In this document: positions 28,472-38,864 of the stretch, piece by piece
Numbering within the stretch: the first letter of the stretch is position 1
How the letters are laid out: each line of letters opens with the position of its first letter
Assembly (NCBI GenBank): GCA_016934335.1
Contig: JAFGTC010000130.1
Span: 431-64,430 of the forward strand
DNA length: 64,000 bases
Source of the DNA: Candidatus Omnitrophota bacterium
GTDB taxonomy: Bacteria; Hinthialibacterota; Hinthialibacteria; Hinthialibacterales; Hinthialibacteraceae
Reading direction: 5' to 3'
The notes under the pieces: generated by a model
The model's input: the letters and a program-made list of their open reading frames with translations, nothing else
Told to the model about the DNA's origin: nothing
Databases searched by the model: none
Translations under genes and position numbers: made by a program

Positions 28472-29422
28472 ATGGATGAAATCAAACGTTGTTTAGTCAC
28501 GGGCGGCGCCGGCTTCATCGGTTCTCATATTGTCGATCAATTGCTGGGCGCGGGGCATCATGTCACCGTCGTGGACGATTTAAGTTCAGGGAAAAAAGAA
28601 AACCTGCCGGAAAATGCAGTCTTGTATGAACAGGATATCTGTCACGATTTAAATGAGATTTTTGAAAAAGAGCGGCCTCAAGTCGTTTTTCATGAAGCCG
28701 CCCAGGTCAGCGTTTCCGTGTCGGTTCGCGAGCCGGAATTGGATGCGCAGCTCAATATTATGGGCTCTATCAATGTACTCGAGCATTGCCGCCGGCACGG
28801 CGTGCAAAAAGTGATTTACGCCGCATCCGGCGCCGCCTACGGGGAACCTGAATCGCTTCCTCTGCGCGAAGACGGCCCTGCGCATCCTATTTCCCCCTAT
28901 GGCATCAGTAAATTTACCGTCGAACAATATCTGTACGGCTACCAGCGTCAGTTTGGCATTCAATTCGCCGCGCTTCGCTACGCCAACGTATACGGGCCGC
29001 GTCAGGATCCCCATGGCGAGGCGGGCGTCATGGCGATCTTCTGCGAGAGAATGTTAAAAAACGAACAATGCGTCATTTTTGGCGACGGTGAACAGACCCG
29101 CGATTTTGTCTATGTTGAAGACGTCGCCCGCGCTAACTTGGCGGTTATGAACGCTTCCATCGATGCGTCTGTCCATCCCATTTTTAATGTGAGCACTCAG
29201 GTTCAAACCGATGTCAACACGATTTACGATTTAGTCGCCAAGCATACGGGTTGTTTGATGCCGAAGCAATATGCAGGTGAACGACCGGGCGATGTGCGCG
29301 ATTCCTGCCTGGCGAATGAGAAAATCCGAGAACACGCCGGCTGGGCGCCTGAAATCGATCCCGATGAGGGGATTCGCCGCACGGTCGCCTATTTTCGCCA
29401 AAAAAGGCAAAAAACAGTTTAA
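28472..29422 (+). CDS. galE: NAD-dependent epimerase, UDP-glucose 4-epimerase-like
   Basis: VTGGAGFIGSH, YGISK, RYANVYGPRQ and GEQTRDFVYV; lies between galT and galK. Confidence 0.82.
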   Translation: MDEIKRCLVTGGAGFIGSHIVDQLLGAGHHVTVVDDLSSGKKENLPENAVLYEQDICHDLNEIFEKERPQVVFHEAAQVSVSVSVREPELDAQLNIMGSINVLEHCRRHGVQKVIYAASGAAYGEPESLPLREDGPAHPISPYGISKFTVEQYLYGYQRQFGIQFAALRYANVYGPRQDPHGEAGVMAIFCERMLKNEQCVIFGDGEQTRDFVYVEDVARANLAVMNASIDASVHPIFNVSTQVQTDVNTIYDLVAKHTGCLMPKQYAGERPGDVRDSCLANEKIREHAGWAPEIDPDEGIRRTVAYFRQKRQKTV

Positions 29423-29505
29423 GCGGAACTTCATCAGCTTGTGCGTCTTATCATTCTATGTCTTAATCTGAACAAGGATCTTAAAAGATAAAGACAGGAG
29501 CTCGT

Positions 29506-30666
29506 TTGATGATTCAGTCCAACGGTGAAAAACTCTACCAAGAGCGTTATCAAAATAATCCTACAGCGGCCAGTCAAGCCCCTGGGCGCGTAGAAATTTT
29601 GGGCAACCATACCGATTACAATGGCGGCTTCGTTTTGACTGTGGCCATCGATAAAACGATCTCCCTGCACGGCGAGGCTTGCAGCGAACCCTTCGCTGCG
29701 ATCTACTCGGCCGCATTGGATGATGAAACCCGCTTTCCCCTGGATCAAATCGAAAGAGATCCACAACATATGTGGGCCAATTATGTTAAAGGCGTTCTCT
29801 TGCAGCTGCGAAAACGGGGAATCTCGTTCGGCGGTTTTCGAGCCGTGATCAGCGGCGATCTGCCCATCGGCGGCGGCGTCAGCAGTTCGGCGGCTCTGGA
29901 GGCCGCCTCGGCTCTGTTCGTCAAGGCTCTCTATCCTTACGACATGGATGTTATGAATATGGCGAAATTATGCCGCGCCGCTGAGAACGAGTTTGTTGGA
30001 ATGCCTTGCGGATTATTGGATCAGTTTTCCTCGTTTTTCGGCAAGCAGGACTCTTTCCTATGCTTGGATTGCCAAACATTGGAGCATAAAAGCCTGACCT
30101 TGACCGTCGAAGCGCCCCGCCTGGTCTTGTGCGATTCGGGCGTGAAGCATGAATTGGTGGAAAGCGAATATAAAGACCGGCGAGGGCAATGCGAAGGCGC
30201 CGCTCGAACCTTGGGCGAGCATTTGGGGCGTGAAGTAAGCATGCTTCGCGATATCTCCATCCTGGAATTCATGGATCTGGAAGACGTTCTCGACGATGTC
30301 CAGCGCATTCGCGCTCGTCATGTGTTTTACGAAAACCAGCGCGTCCAACGAGGCGTCGCCGCCTTGCAATTGAACGACTTAAAGCACCTGGGCGAATTGG
30401 TGCATCAATCGCATGAAAGCTCGCGCGACTTGTTTGAAAACAGTTGTCCCGAACTGGATTTTCTTGTGGAGCAGGCGGTGCAGATCGAGGGGTGCTATGG
30501 CGCCAAACTAACGGGCGGCGGCTTCGGCGGTTGGACGGTCAACCTCGTCGAGTCGGATCAGGTCGATCCCTTTGTCGCCAAGATCACAGAATACTTTGAA
30601 CAAAAATATGGCCGCGCCTGCAAAACCATGGTTTGCGCAATCGGCGACGGCGCGCGCATTCTATAA
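29506..30666 (+). CDS. galK: Galactokinase
   Basis: APGRVEILGNHTDYNGG, PIGGGVSSSAA, CGLLDQ and GAKLTGGGFGG. Confidence 0.95.
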   Translation: MMIQSNGEKLYQERYQNNPTAASQAPGRVEILGNHTDYNGGFVLTVAIDKTISLHGEACSEPFAAIYSAALDDETRFPLDQIERDPQHMWANYVKGVLLQLRKRGISFGGFRAVISGDLPIGGGVSSSAALEAASALFVKALYPYDMDVMNMAKLCRAAENEFVGMPCGLLDQFSSFFGKQDSFLCLDCQTLEHKSLTLTVEAPRLVLCDSGVKHELVESEYKDRRGQCEGAARTLGEHLGREVSMLRDISILEFMDLEDVLDDVQRIRARHVFYENQRVQRGVAALQLNDLKHLGELVHQSHESSRDLFENSCPELDFLVEQAVQIEGCYGAKLTGGGFGGWTVNLVESDQVDPFVAKITEYFEQKYGRACKTMVCAIGDGARIL

Positions 30667-30824
30667 TGGAAGAATTTTTTCATTTAAATCTTCGATGGTT
30701 CATCTTCGTGTTATTTGAATAATAACGTATGAATTCTGCATCAAATTGAGAATCTGATCATATGATTGTCTCTGGCGTCTATACGTAATGCTTTCTCCTC
30801 CAATATGAACGAGGACGAATAACT

Positions 30825-32069
30825 ATGTTTATTTGGTTATGGATTGGATTTCTTGCGCTGATATTGCTTTTATTGGCGCTGGATTTGGGCGTCTTCAACC
30901 GTAAAGCGCATGCCATCGGCATTGTCGAGTCGCTTTTGTGGACGACATTTTGGGTCGTTCTGGCGCTTCTCTTCAATGTCGGAATCTACTTTCTTTACGA
31001 ACATCATTCTCTCGGCGCGGGGAATTTCGGCGGCCATGAAATCGGCGGGAAGGCCGCCGCTCTGCAGTATTTCACGGCCTATCTTGTGGAGAAATCTCTC
31101 AGCCTCGACAATATTTTTGTCTTCGCTTTGATTTTTTCTTATTTTCGCATTCCGCTTAAATATCAGCATCGCGTTTTATATTGGGGGATTTTAGGCGCTT
31201 TGATTATGCGGGGGGCTATGATCGCCCTGGGATCGGTTTTGATCAGCCGATTCGATTGGATCGTTTATGTCTTCGGCGGGTTTTTGATTATAACGGCGAT
31301 AAAATTGCTGATCAGCCGGCATGAAAAATTTGAGCCGGAAAAAAATCTTTTTTTCCGGTTAGCGCATAAAATCTTTCCCGTGACCGCCGACATCACCGGG
31401 ACGCATTTTTTTACGCGCATCAATGGCGTGTTGACGGCCACCCCGCTGTTTTTTGTCCTGGTTTTAGTTGAAAGCTCCGATGTCTTGTTTGCGGTCGATT
31501 CGATTCCAGCGGTCTTCGCCGTAACCACGGATCCATTTCTGGTCTTTACATCCAATATCTTCGCCATACTCGGCTTGCGCTCGTTGTATTTCGCCTTGGC
31601 GGGAATTATCAACCGGTTTCGCTTTTTACGGCTGTGTCTCGTGATTCTTCTGGCCTATATCGGGGTGAAAATGATTCTTTCGCATCATTATCCCATCCCC
31701 ACTGACGTTTCCTTATACATCATCGGCGGCGTCTTGATTACCGGCATCATCGCTTCCATCCTGGCGCCGCTTCCCGAAAGCGAGCAACCGGAATTTTCGT
31801 TTACAGATGATTTGGCCCAGGCAGTCGATGTTACCTGGCGGCAGGTGCGGAAAGTCGTCGTGCTTATCGTTGGATCCGCCGTGATTCTGGTCGGGGTGAT
31901 CATGCTCGTCCTGCCCGGGCCGGCGTTTGTCGTCATCCCGATGGGCATCGCCATCCTCAGCATCGAGTTCAGGTGGGCGAAGCGCTTGTTCCAGAGAATC
32001 CAAGATTATTTTATAATGGCAAAAGAATTCCTCTCCTCCCGCCTTCAAAGGCGTAGGAAGCCGAAATAG
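30825..32069 (+). CDS. TerC/Alx family membrane protein with a C-terminal PGPGW-like extension
   Basis: EKSLSLDN, DVLFAVDSIPA and SNIFAILGLRSLYF; extra C-terminal MLVLPGPAF...LSIEFRWA. Confidence 0.88.
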   Translation: MFIWLWIGFLALILLLLALDLGVFNRKAHAIGIVESLLWTTFWVVLALLFNVGIYFLYEHHSLGAGNFGGHEIGGKAAALQYFTAYLVEKSLSLDNIFVFALIFSYFRIPLKYQHRVLYWGILGALIMRGAMIALGSVLISRFDWIVYVFGGFLIITAIKLLISRHEKFEPEKNLFFRLAHKIFPVTADITGTHFFTRINGVLTATPLFFVLVLVESSDVLFAVDSIPAVFAVTTDPFLVFTSNIFAILGLRSLYFALAGIINRFRFLRLCLVILLAYIGVKMILSHHYPIPTDVSLYIIGGVLITGIIASILAPLPESEQPEFSFTDDLAQAVDVTWRQVRKVVVLIVGSAVILVGVIMLVLPGPAFVVIPMGIAILSIEFRWAKRLFQRIQDYFIMAKEFLSSRLQRRRKPK

Positions 32070-32088
32070 TATTACCCTCCGTATGGAT

Positions 32089-32454
32089 TCATCCCATGCC
32101 TGCAGGTTGAAGAAAGGCGTTCACCTTCTCTTTGAGAATGCTGAGATCGCCCGACTTCACCACAAAAGCATCGGCGTTCCAACTCATAAAATTATCTTGA
32201 TAATGAGGATATGCGGAATGGATTATGACTGGTCTGCTGCGGTCATGTTCTAATATATGCGAGATTGTATCCAACCCGTCCATGCCAGGCATGCGAATAT
32301 CGACGACCACCAGATCGGGATTTTCGCGTTTGCACAATGAAATGCCTTCAAATCCGTTTTTCGCCAAGACCACTTCATACCCTTCTTCAGTAAATTCGGT
32401 CTGGTAAAGTTGACGCAGATGAGTCTCATCTTCTATGATCAGAATCTTTTTCAT
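32089..32454 (-). CDS. Single-domain response regulator
   Basis: ILIIEDE, VVVDIRMPGMDG and conserved K; 121 aa; overlaps the kinase gene. Confidence 0.92.
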   Translation of the reverse strand: MKKILIIEDETHLRQLYQTEFTEEGYEVVLAKNGFEGISLCKRENPDLVVVDIRMPGMDGLDTISHILEHDRSRPVIIHSAYPHYQDNFMSWNADAFVVKSGDLSILKEKVNAFLQPAGMG

Positions 32455-34624
32455 CCGCTCTCTCCTGCTTTCGAGGCAGTCGTATGGTCACCTCGGCGCC
32501 TTGGTTCAAATGACTCTTGACTTCGATCGATCCTCCGTGATTTTGTATGATTCGCTGCGAAACGTGCATTCCTAAGCCCGTTCCTGCATGCTTGGTCGAA
32601 AAAAACGGTTCGAAAATCCGTGGAAGGTTCTCAGGAGATATGCCCTCCCCCGTATCGCGAACTTCGATGATGATTTCACCGTTTTTTTCGCGAGTGCCTA
32701 TATATAGTTTACCCCCTTTTTCCATGGATTGAAAACTATTTTGAATAATATTAACGATTACCTGACGTATTTGGTTACGGTCAAAGGGAAATGGCTCCTG
32801 GGTGGCGAATTCTGTTTTCACTTCGATGCCGTTTTCCTTGAATTCCGTTTCGAGAAGAGAAAGCGCGCCTACGATAAGAGGCTCAATCAATTGGACTTCA
32901 AGCTGAGGCATACTGGGCCGCGCATAGTAAAGGAGCCTGTTAAGGACATCCTCCAGCCGAAACGCTTCATCCCGCACCACTTTTAAATGAGGATATTCGG
33001 GATCGTCCGGCTTCCGTTTTTTAATCAGCAAATTGACAAATCCCCCGATGGCGACCAGCGGCGTGCGAATTTCGTGCGCCACGGTAGCCGCCATTTGTCC
33101 GAGGGCGGCGAATTTGCTGGCCTCGATTAACTTTTCCTGGCTGGCTCTCAATTCAGCGTAGGCGGCTTCGGTTTCTTTCACTTTCCGGGCCAACTGTTCC
33201 ATCGCGTCCGCGTGGGCGATGGCCAGGGCGGCTTGAGCGGCCAAGATTTCCAATAACTGGATATCGTCTTCTTCAATCGGACGCCGCGTAATGATGTTAT
33301 CGACGACCAGAACTCCGATGGGATTATTTTCTACAAGCAGCGGTACAACGGCAAAATGATCGTTTCCCAGCTGCTTCAGAATGATCGGATCGAATTCGAC
33401 TTCGCCGGTCCCGTTCTTGATCACTACCGCGCGGCGCAGATGAATGGCTTTGGTAAGAATGGAGGAAGAATCGTCAAGCGGGACGCCGATTTTCTGAGCG
33501 ATTTGATTGGCTTGAATTTCTCCCTCGCCCGCATACTGCAAATAGGATTGCAGCGTATCGGCCAGGGATTTAGAGCGGGGGATCTGATCGACGCGCTCCC
33601 AGAGAATTCCGGCTTCTTCCGGCGTCGAAGGCCCGAAGGCAATGCGCCCCTCCAGGTTCTTGTTCGATTTGTCGACCAGCAGGAGAAAGGCGCGGTTGAA
33701 CCGGAACACTTCATTGGCGGTGGCCGATATCAACAGCAGTCGCAGCCGTTTGTCGAGAGTTTGAGCGCTATGGAAAAGTTGGGTGATATCATGGAGATTG
33801 GCGAGTTCCTCCGTCCTTTCGGCTACCATGCGCTCCAAATTATCGGAATAATCAACCAACTGTTTTTCGATTTTCTTGCGTTCAGTTATGTCTCGCTGGA
33901 CGCAAATGAAGCCCACGACCTGTTTCTCTTCCGTTAAAATGGGCGTCATTCGCATTTCGACGTTGTACGAAGTGTGATCGCTCCGAATCCATTTCATCTC
34001 TCCCGACCAGGACCGGGCGTTCTGGATGCATCGCCAAAGATCCTCGCGAAGCGAAGGCGAATCGTTTTCACTCCAAAAATATTGAATTTTTTGTCCAAGT
34101 ATCTGCTCGCGCGGCAGATTGACCTGATGTTCGAATGCGGGATTGGTGAAAAAAATCAGTCCATTGCCGTCAAAAATGAAAATGGCGTCGCCGGCGGCGT
34201 GAATCGCGGTTTTGAAGCTTTGCAGTTCTTGCTCCAGCAATAAAATCTCACTATGGTCTTCCACAAAGAGGCAATAGTTATTCTGGAGTCGTGAAACCGT
34301 GATGCGTACATGGATGTCATTCGCGAATGGCGATTGAAATGTGAAGGGAAGGGAGGCCTTTAAGGACGATTTTAAGTAAGATGACAATAAATTCCGATCA
34401 TGATTGTTTTTGCATAATTCTTCGATCGAAATCCCCTGCAGGTCTTCCCGGTGCAATAATATCTGCGATGCGCGAGGGTTGTTGTAGACAACATGAAAAT
34501 TTTCATCGAGAATAACGATTCCGACCGGCGTATTTGTTATGATGGATTCCAGGTCGGCTTGCAGGGAAAGCCCGGTTGTTCTCGGCTCGGAACAGGGTTG
34601 GCGGCTGTTTAAATCATCGGGCAT
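32426..34624 (-). CDS. Cytoplasmic PAS-PAS-GAF sensor histidine kinase
   Basis: Two PAS-like regions (RDITERK) and a GAF-like region (FAVVPL...GVLVVDN). H-box VAHEIRTPL, then N, G1 (DTGEG), F (FEPFF) and G2 (GTGLG) boxes. No TM segment. Confidence 0.93.
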   Translation of the reverse strand: MPDDLNSRQPCSEPRTTGLSLQADLESIITNTPVGIVILDENFHVVYNNPRASQILLHREDLQGISIEELCKNNHDRNLLSSYLKSSLKASLPFTFQSPFANDIHVRITVSRLQNNYCLFVEDHSEILLLEQELQSFKTAIHAAGDAIFIFDGNGLIFFTNPAFEHQVNLPREQILGQKIQYFWSENDSPSLREDLWRCIQNARSWSGEMKWIRSDHTSYNVEMRMTPILTEEKQVVGFICVQRDITERKKIEKQLVDYSDNLERMVAERTEELANLHDITQLFHSAQTLDKRLRLLLISATANEVFRFNRAFLLLVDKSNKNLEGRIAFGPSTPEEAGILWERVDQIPRSKSLADTLQSYLQYAGEGEIQANQIAQKIGVPLDDSSSILTKAIHLRRAVVIKNGTGEVEFDPIILKQLGNDHFAVVPLLVENNPIGVLVVDNIITRRPIEEDDIQLLEILAAQAALAIAHADAMEQLARKVKETEAAYAELRASQEKLIEASKFAALGQMAATVAHEIRTPLVAIGGFVNLLIKKRKPDDPEYPHLKVVRDEAFRLEDVLNRLLYYARPSMPQLEVQLIEPLIVGALSLLETEFKENGIEVKTEFATQEPFPFDRNQIRQVIVNIIQNSFQSMEKGGKLYIGTREKNGEIIIEVRDTGEGISPENLPRIFEPFFSTKHAGTGLGMHVSQRIIQNHGGSIEVKSHLNQGAEVTIRLPRKQERADEKDSDHRR

Positions 34625-34827
34625 GATCGATTCCCGAAAATCTTTATTGGCTGTTGCTGTTCTTTATTATATCTTTAACGTCTTTTAGCGCCAAATGATT
34701 TATAAAATGCCGAGTTTGTTTTTATCCGGTCGCTGAAACGGCGGTTGGAAGGATTTTAGTTCGAGAATTTTTGCCGGTTTTAATAGCATTTTTCAATGTT
34801 TAAAATATCGAAATAGAAAGGAAAATA

Positions 34828-35223
34828 ATGACGAACGAGTATGGATTTCCTCAACCGCCCGAACCGCCCCATAACAACGATATGACCAGCAGTCTGGTCA
34901 AAGAAATCAGTTATCCTCTCTATCAATCTAAAATCTGGCTGCGAATCATCGGAATCATCTCCATTCTATCCGGAATCATCAGCATCTTTACCATTATCGG
35001 CATTCTATTTTGCTGGATTCCCATCTGGCTGGGCGTGCTTCTTTATCAGTCGGCCACGTCGATTGAAATCGCACAGTTGAGTGGAAGTAAAGAAAAGTTT
35101 ACCGATTCGCTGGATAAATTGCGTTTATATTTTCTCATCATGGGGATTATGACGCTGCTGGGCGTCATTGTATCGATATTCGCGCTGGGATTTGGAATGC
35201 TGGGCGTAATCTTCGGCGTCTAG
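34828..35223 (+). CDS. DUF5362-like small membrane protein
   Basis: W-L-R-I-I-G, WIPIWLGVLLYQSA and LRLYF patterns; 3 TM segments. Confidence 0.7.
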   Translation: MTNEYGFPQPPEPPHNNDMTSSLVKEISYPLYQSKIWLRIIGIISILSGIISIFTIIGILFCWIPIWLGVLLYQSATSIEIAQLSGSKEKFTDSLDKLRLYFLIMGIMTLLGVIVSIFALGFGMLGVIFGV

Positions 35224-35251
35224 CAAGATCGATCGAAAAGGCGTCTTCATT

Positions 35252-36691
35252 ATGATGAAAGCATCTCGCGCTGAACATTCTTGTTATCTCCAGCCTTCTT
35301 CAATGTTGCTCATGCTTATAGTAACAGGCTGGGTCGGCGTTCTGACTCTAGCGGGCGTCGCCTGGCCGCCTTACACGGCTGTTGCGGCGGCGCTTATCAT
35401 TCCCTGCGCCGCTCTCTTTATCGGGCGGCCGGATTGGGCCTTCGCTCTTTTTTTCGCGATCGAAACGATGTTTTCCGAAGACGTCCTTTTGGTAACCGAA
35501 CAACTGGAGCAAACCATATACCGGATCCCGTTGCCTTATATGGGTCTCAATGGCTTCGAATTGATCCTGTTGATTCTCGTCCTGGCAACCCTTCTTCAGC
35601 GGCGGGGAGTCATTCGGAGGACGGCTCTGGATTCCAGCCTTTTTCTGTTTGGCGCCGCGTGCCTTCTTGGATACCTCTCCTGTATACTCTTTTATCATGA
35701 TCCGGCCCGTCTTTTCGAGCCGCGCCGTCTTCTGCATTTTTTCATCGCCTATTTTCTGACGGTTAACTTGATCCGTACGAAATCGTCGCTTCGCGTTTTT
35801 TTAACTCTTTTTTTTCTCGCGGTCTGCCTCAAAGCTCTCCAAGGCGTTTATCTGTATACGGCGGGATCGGGCTTGCTTATCAAATGGAAAATTCGGGCGA
35901 TTTTTACCGGCTGGGCCGATTCGCTCTGCTTTGTGACCTTCCTCTTGATGTTCGGCGCTTTTTGGATCGAAAAAATTCATTTTCCCGGCAAACGCTTTTT
36001 TTCTCTGATGGTTCCCGTCGTCGCTTTTTCGTTCCTTTTTTCATACAAACGAGCTTACTATGTGGCCATCGCGGCAGGGATCGCCGCTCTGTTTTGGGTG
36101 CAGGGCGGAAAATCGCGCTTTCGAATGATCCAGCTTGTTTTCATCGGCGTTTTGGTTTTTATTCTGTTGATTTCCATTACCGGTCAGTGGCAGGCGATCG
36201 GCATGCGCGTTGAGTCCATTCTTAATCCCACGAAAGAAAGCAGCGCCAATTATCGACTGGTGGAATGGCGAAACGCCATGATCAGCATACGCCACAATCC
36301 TCTGTTGGGCATCGGCCTGGGAGGAGTCATGCCCATGGAAATCTGGTTGTCGCGCACTAATTTATTGGGCGTGCACAACACATTTCTCTGGGCGGCCGTG
36401 AAAATGGGAGTTTTGGGCTTTTTCTCGTTATGTCTTATTCATGCGGTTTTCTTGCAGCATCTTTTCCGGCAAAACAAGATCTTGCAGGATCCTTTTTTGA
36501 GAACGGTTTCCCGGGGCGCCGCCTGCGTTTTCATCGCCTTTACGGCCGCAGAAATGTTTGCTCCCATGTTTGCTCAAATGAGAACCGCGGCATGGTTCGG
36601 CATTATTTTGGGAATTGGCATGCTTTTGAAAGAAATGGATGAATTCGAACTGGAATCCCAGAACACCGGCGCGAGAGGGAAGAATTCTTAA
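35252..36691 (+). CDS. O-antigen ligase/polymerase (Wzy_C) family membrane protein
   Basis: Polytopic; SYKR, SANYRLVEW, PLLGIGLG and VHNTFL...MG. Confidence 0.85.
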   Translation: MMKASRAEHSCYLQPSSMLLMLIVTGWVGVLTLAGVAWPPYTAVAAALIIPCAALFIGRPDWAFALFFAIETMFSEDVLLVTEQLEQTIYRIPLPYMGLNGFELILLILVLATLLQRRGVIRRTALDSSLFLFGAACLLGYLSCILFYHDPARLFEPRRLLHFFIAYFLTVNLIRTKSSLRVFLTLFFLAVCLKALQGVYLYTAGSGLLIKWKIRAIFTGWADSLCFVTFLLMFGAFWIEKIHFPGKRFFSLMVPVVAFSFLFSYKRAYYVAIAAGIAALFWVQGGKSRFRMIQLVFIGVLVFILLISITGQWQAIGMRVESILNPTKESSANYRLVEWRNAMISIRHNPLLGIGLGGVMPMEIWLSRTNLLGVHNTFLWAAVKMGVLGFFSLCLIHAVFLQHLFRQNKILQDPFLRTVSRGAACVFIAFTAAEMFAPMFAQMRTAAWFGIILGIGMLLKEMDEFELESQNTGARGKNS

Positions 36692-36754
36692 TCCAATCAA
36701 GTAATGAATCGCCGCACCAAAAAAACGGGCGACAATTACACTTTGTTTATTTTA

Positions 36755-37066
36755 CTACACTTTGTCCATTTTACCGTAGACTATATGACCTTTATCCCAG
36801 ATGCAGACGAAATTGCGCTGCTCCAAATCTTTTTTATCCTGCGCAATGACGCCGGCCGGCGTCATTCCATCCTTGCGATTCTTGATGCGCGGTTCATCGT
36901 CGGGAAACACTTCGCGCCACACTTCATATTCAGAATCATGGCGAGAAACGGCAAACGTTAATTTCTGCTCGATAAATTGCCGCACAACGCTGCGGATATC
37001 CTTCTTGGGGAGGCGTTTGGTGACTTGGACTTTTATTTTATCGTCATATTCATTTCGCGGCTTCAC
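36755..37066 (-). CDS. Hypothetical protein (103 aa)
   Basis: GTG start with a strong AAGGGGGGAGG RBS; fills an otherwise empty gap; AT-rich upstream region. Confidence 0.65.
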   Translation of the reverse strand: MKPRNEYDDKIKVQVTKRLPKKDIRSVVRQFIEQKLTFAVSRHDSEYEVWREVFPDDEPRIKNRKDGMTPAGVIAQDKKDLEQRNFVCIWDKGHIVYGKMDKV

Positions 37067-37353
37067 AACCCTCCCCCCTTTCTATTCGGGAATGGGATGT
37101 GCTGAACGTCGAATGAAATAGTAACAACTCGCTTCGATATTAAAAGATATTGCATCCTTTGATCGATAATTCATTTACATCATATAGATTACGACTTTTT
37201 TTTGAAATATACAAGAATAATTTTTGTTTTTTATTTTTGTCTAAACAAAAATCTTCATGCAAAACTCGTAAAGTGAGTTCATAGATAAAATGGTATAAAC
37301 TTAATAAAATAAAATGTTTGATAGGTCGAAGAAAAGGGCGGCGTCTGGAGAGG

Positions 37354-37755
37354 CTACTCTTTGGCGACTTGATCGAGAACTTCTTTGGCTACAAAAATGG
37401 GCGAATTAGAGCGAACGGCCAACGCTATGGCGTCGCTTGGGCGGGAATCGACGTCGACCGGGCCGTTCGGCGTAGTGAAATGGATTCTTGCATAAAAAGT
37501 GGATTCACGCAGATCGTTAACTACAATGCGGTCGATCGTCGCATTCAGCGAACGGATGACATTGACGGTGAGATCGTGCGTTAAGGGGCGCTGTATATGG
37601 ATGTCATTCAAAGCGAGATGAATGGATTGGGCTTCATAATACCCGATCATGATGGGCATCATGCGGCTGCCGCCTTTTTCTTTGAGAATGATGATTTGAT
37701 CGGCGCCGGTTTCATCCAAGCGCAATTCAAAAAAATCCATTTCAATTTCTATCAT
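37354..37755 (-). CDS. Bifunctional nuclease family (DUF151) protein
   Basis: PIMIGYYEA, RPLTHDL, TFYARI and DSRPSDAIALA. Confidence 0.93.
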   Translation of the reverse strand: MIEIEMDFFELRLDETGADQIIILKEKGGSRMMPIMIGYYEAQSIHLALNDIHIQRPLTHDLTVNVIRSLNATIDRIVVNDLRESTFYARIHFTTPNGPVDVDSRPSDAIALAVRSNSPIFVAKEVLDQVAKE

Positions 37756-37818
37756 GAAGAATCACTCCCTCTTACGTTTCTTCTCTTTCATGGAGCGTAG
37801 AACTATTCTCGCAAAATT

Positions 37819-38445
37819 CTATGATTCCCGTTCATTGAATGTCTCCATAGGAAGACTGTCTATGGAGACGCCCAGATCCTCCAGCATTTTGGCTAGTTCA
37901 AACGTGGGCAGACCGATAACGTTATGGTAAGATCCTTTTAATTCTCGAACCAGATCTTTACCTTTGCCCTGAATCGCATACGCCCCGGCCTTGTCCATCG
38001 GTTCGCCGGTCTGAACGTAGCGAGTTATTTCTTCCTCGGTTAAATCTTTGAAGCGTACTTTCGAACAGACGGCTTTTAATGCCTGGGCGCCGCTCTTTTT
38101 ATGGTAAAGACAAATCCCCGTCCACACTTCATGCCATTGACCGGAAAGACGACTCAACATGACGATCGCTTCGTTGGGCGAGGACGGCTTTCCCAAAATC
38201 ATGTCGTTGACGGCCACCACCGTATCCGCGCCGATGACTAAATGATCCGGATACGAATCCGCCGCTTCCATCGCTTTTTCCAACGCCATCCGAGTGGAAT
38301 AGGCGCCGGGACGTTCATCCCGGCAGGGAATTTCGATAATCCGGCTGGCCGCCACTTTAAAAGGAATGTTCATCTTTTCCAACAACGTTTTTCGGCGCGG
38401 CGACTGGCTGGCGAGTATGATGCCCGCAAAGTTAAATGAACTCAT
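37819..38445 (-). CDS. maf: Maf nucleoside triphosphate pyrophosphatase
   Basis: ILASQSPRR, GADTVV, LGKP, DKAGAYAIQG and NVIGLP. ATG 38445 is preferred (ORF open from 38496). Confidence 0.93.
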   Translation of the reverse strand: MSSFNFAGIILASQSPRRKTLLEKMNIPFKVAASRIIEIPCRDERPGAYSTRMALEKAMEAADSYPDHLVIGADTVVAVNDMILGKPSSPNEAIVMLSRLSGQWHEVWTGICLYHKKSGAQALKAVCSKVRFKDLTEEEITRYVQTGEPMDKAGAYAIQGKGKDLVRELKGSYHNVIGLPTFELAKMLEDLGVSIDSLPMETFNERES

Positions 38446-38864
38446 CGGATTTTTTCTTAAAAAGGCTCGATTCGGATAATTTCTTTCGCGAATCATTATA
38501 CTATGGAATAACTAAGTCCCAAGGGATTTTGTTCTTCTGCTCATGGCGGATGAATCTCGTTTTGCGGATTCTGAGAGCGTAAAGTATTTGTAATACCAAA
38601 CTCTCTTTTTTTCATTCAGATCATGAGCGCCGTCATCTCATTCGCCGGCTGCGTTGGTTGACAGAACTGCGGCCGGACATGAGAATCCTGTTTGCAAATA
38701 AAAGGAATAGAACATTGTCTCTTTTCTCCTTCCTGCAAAAAAATCATGAGATCTTTTGGGGAAAATAAATTTTCGCAGGGAGATGATCGAGTGGAATCGG
38801 GATTCAAAAGATGAAGGGGGAGGTTCGAGTCTCCGGCGCCGTATAAATTGAGGGAGCGACAATC

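Noticed and set aside
30667-30824. yybP-ykoY (Mn) riboswitch expected upstream of terC/alx
   Set aside because: The region is AT-rich and I could not find the conserved stems or motifs by eye.
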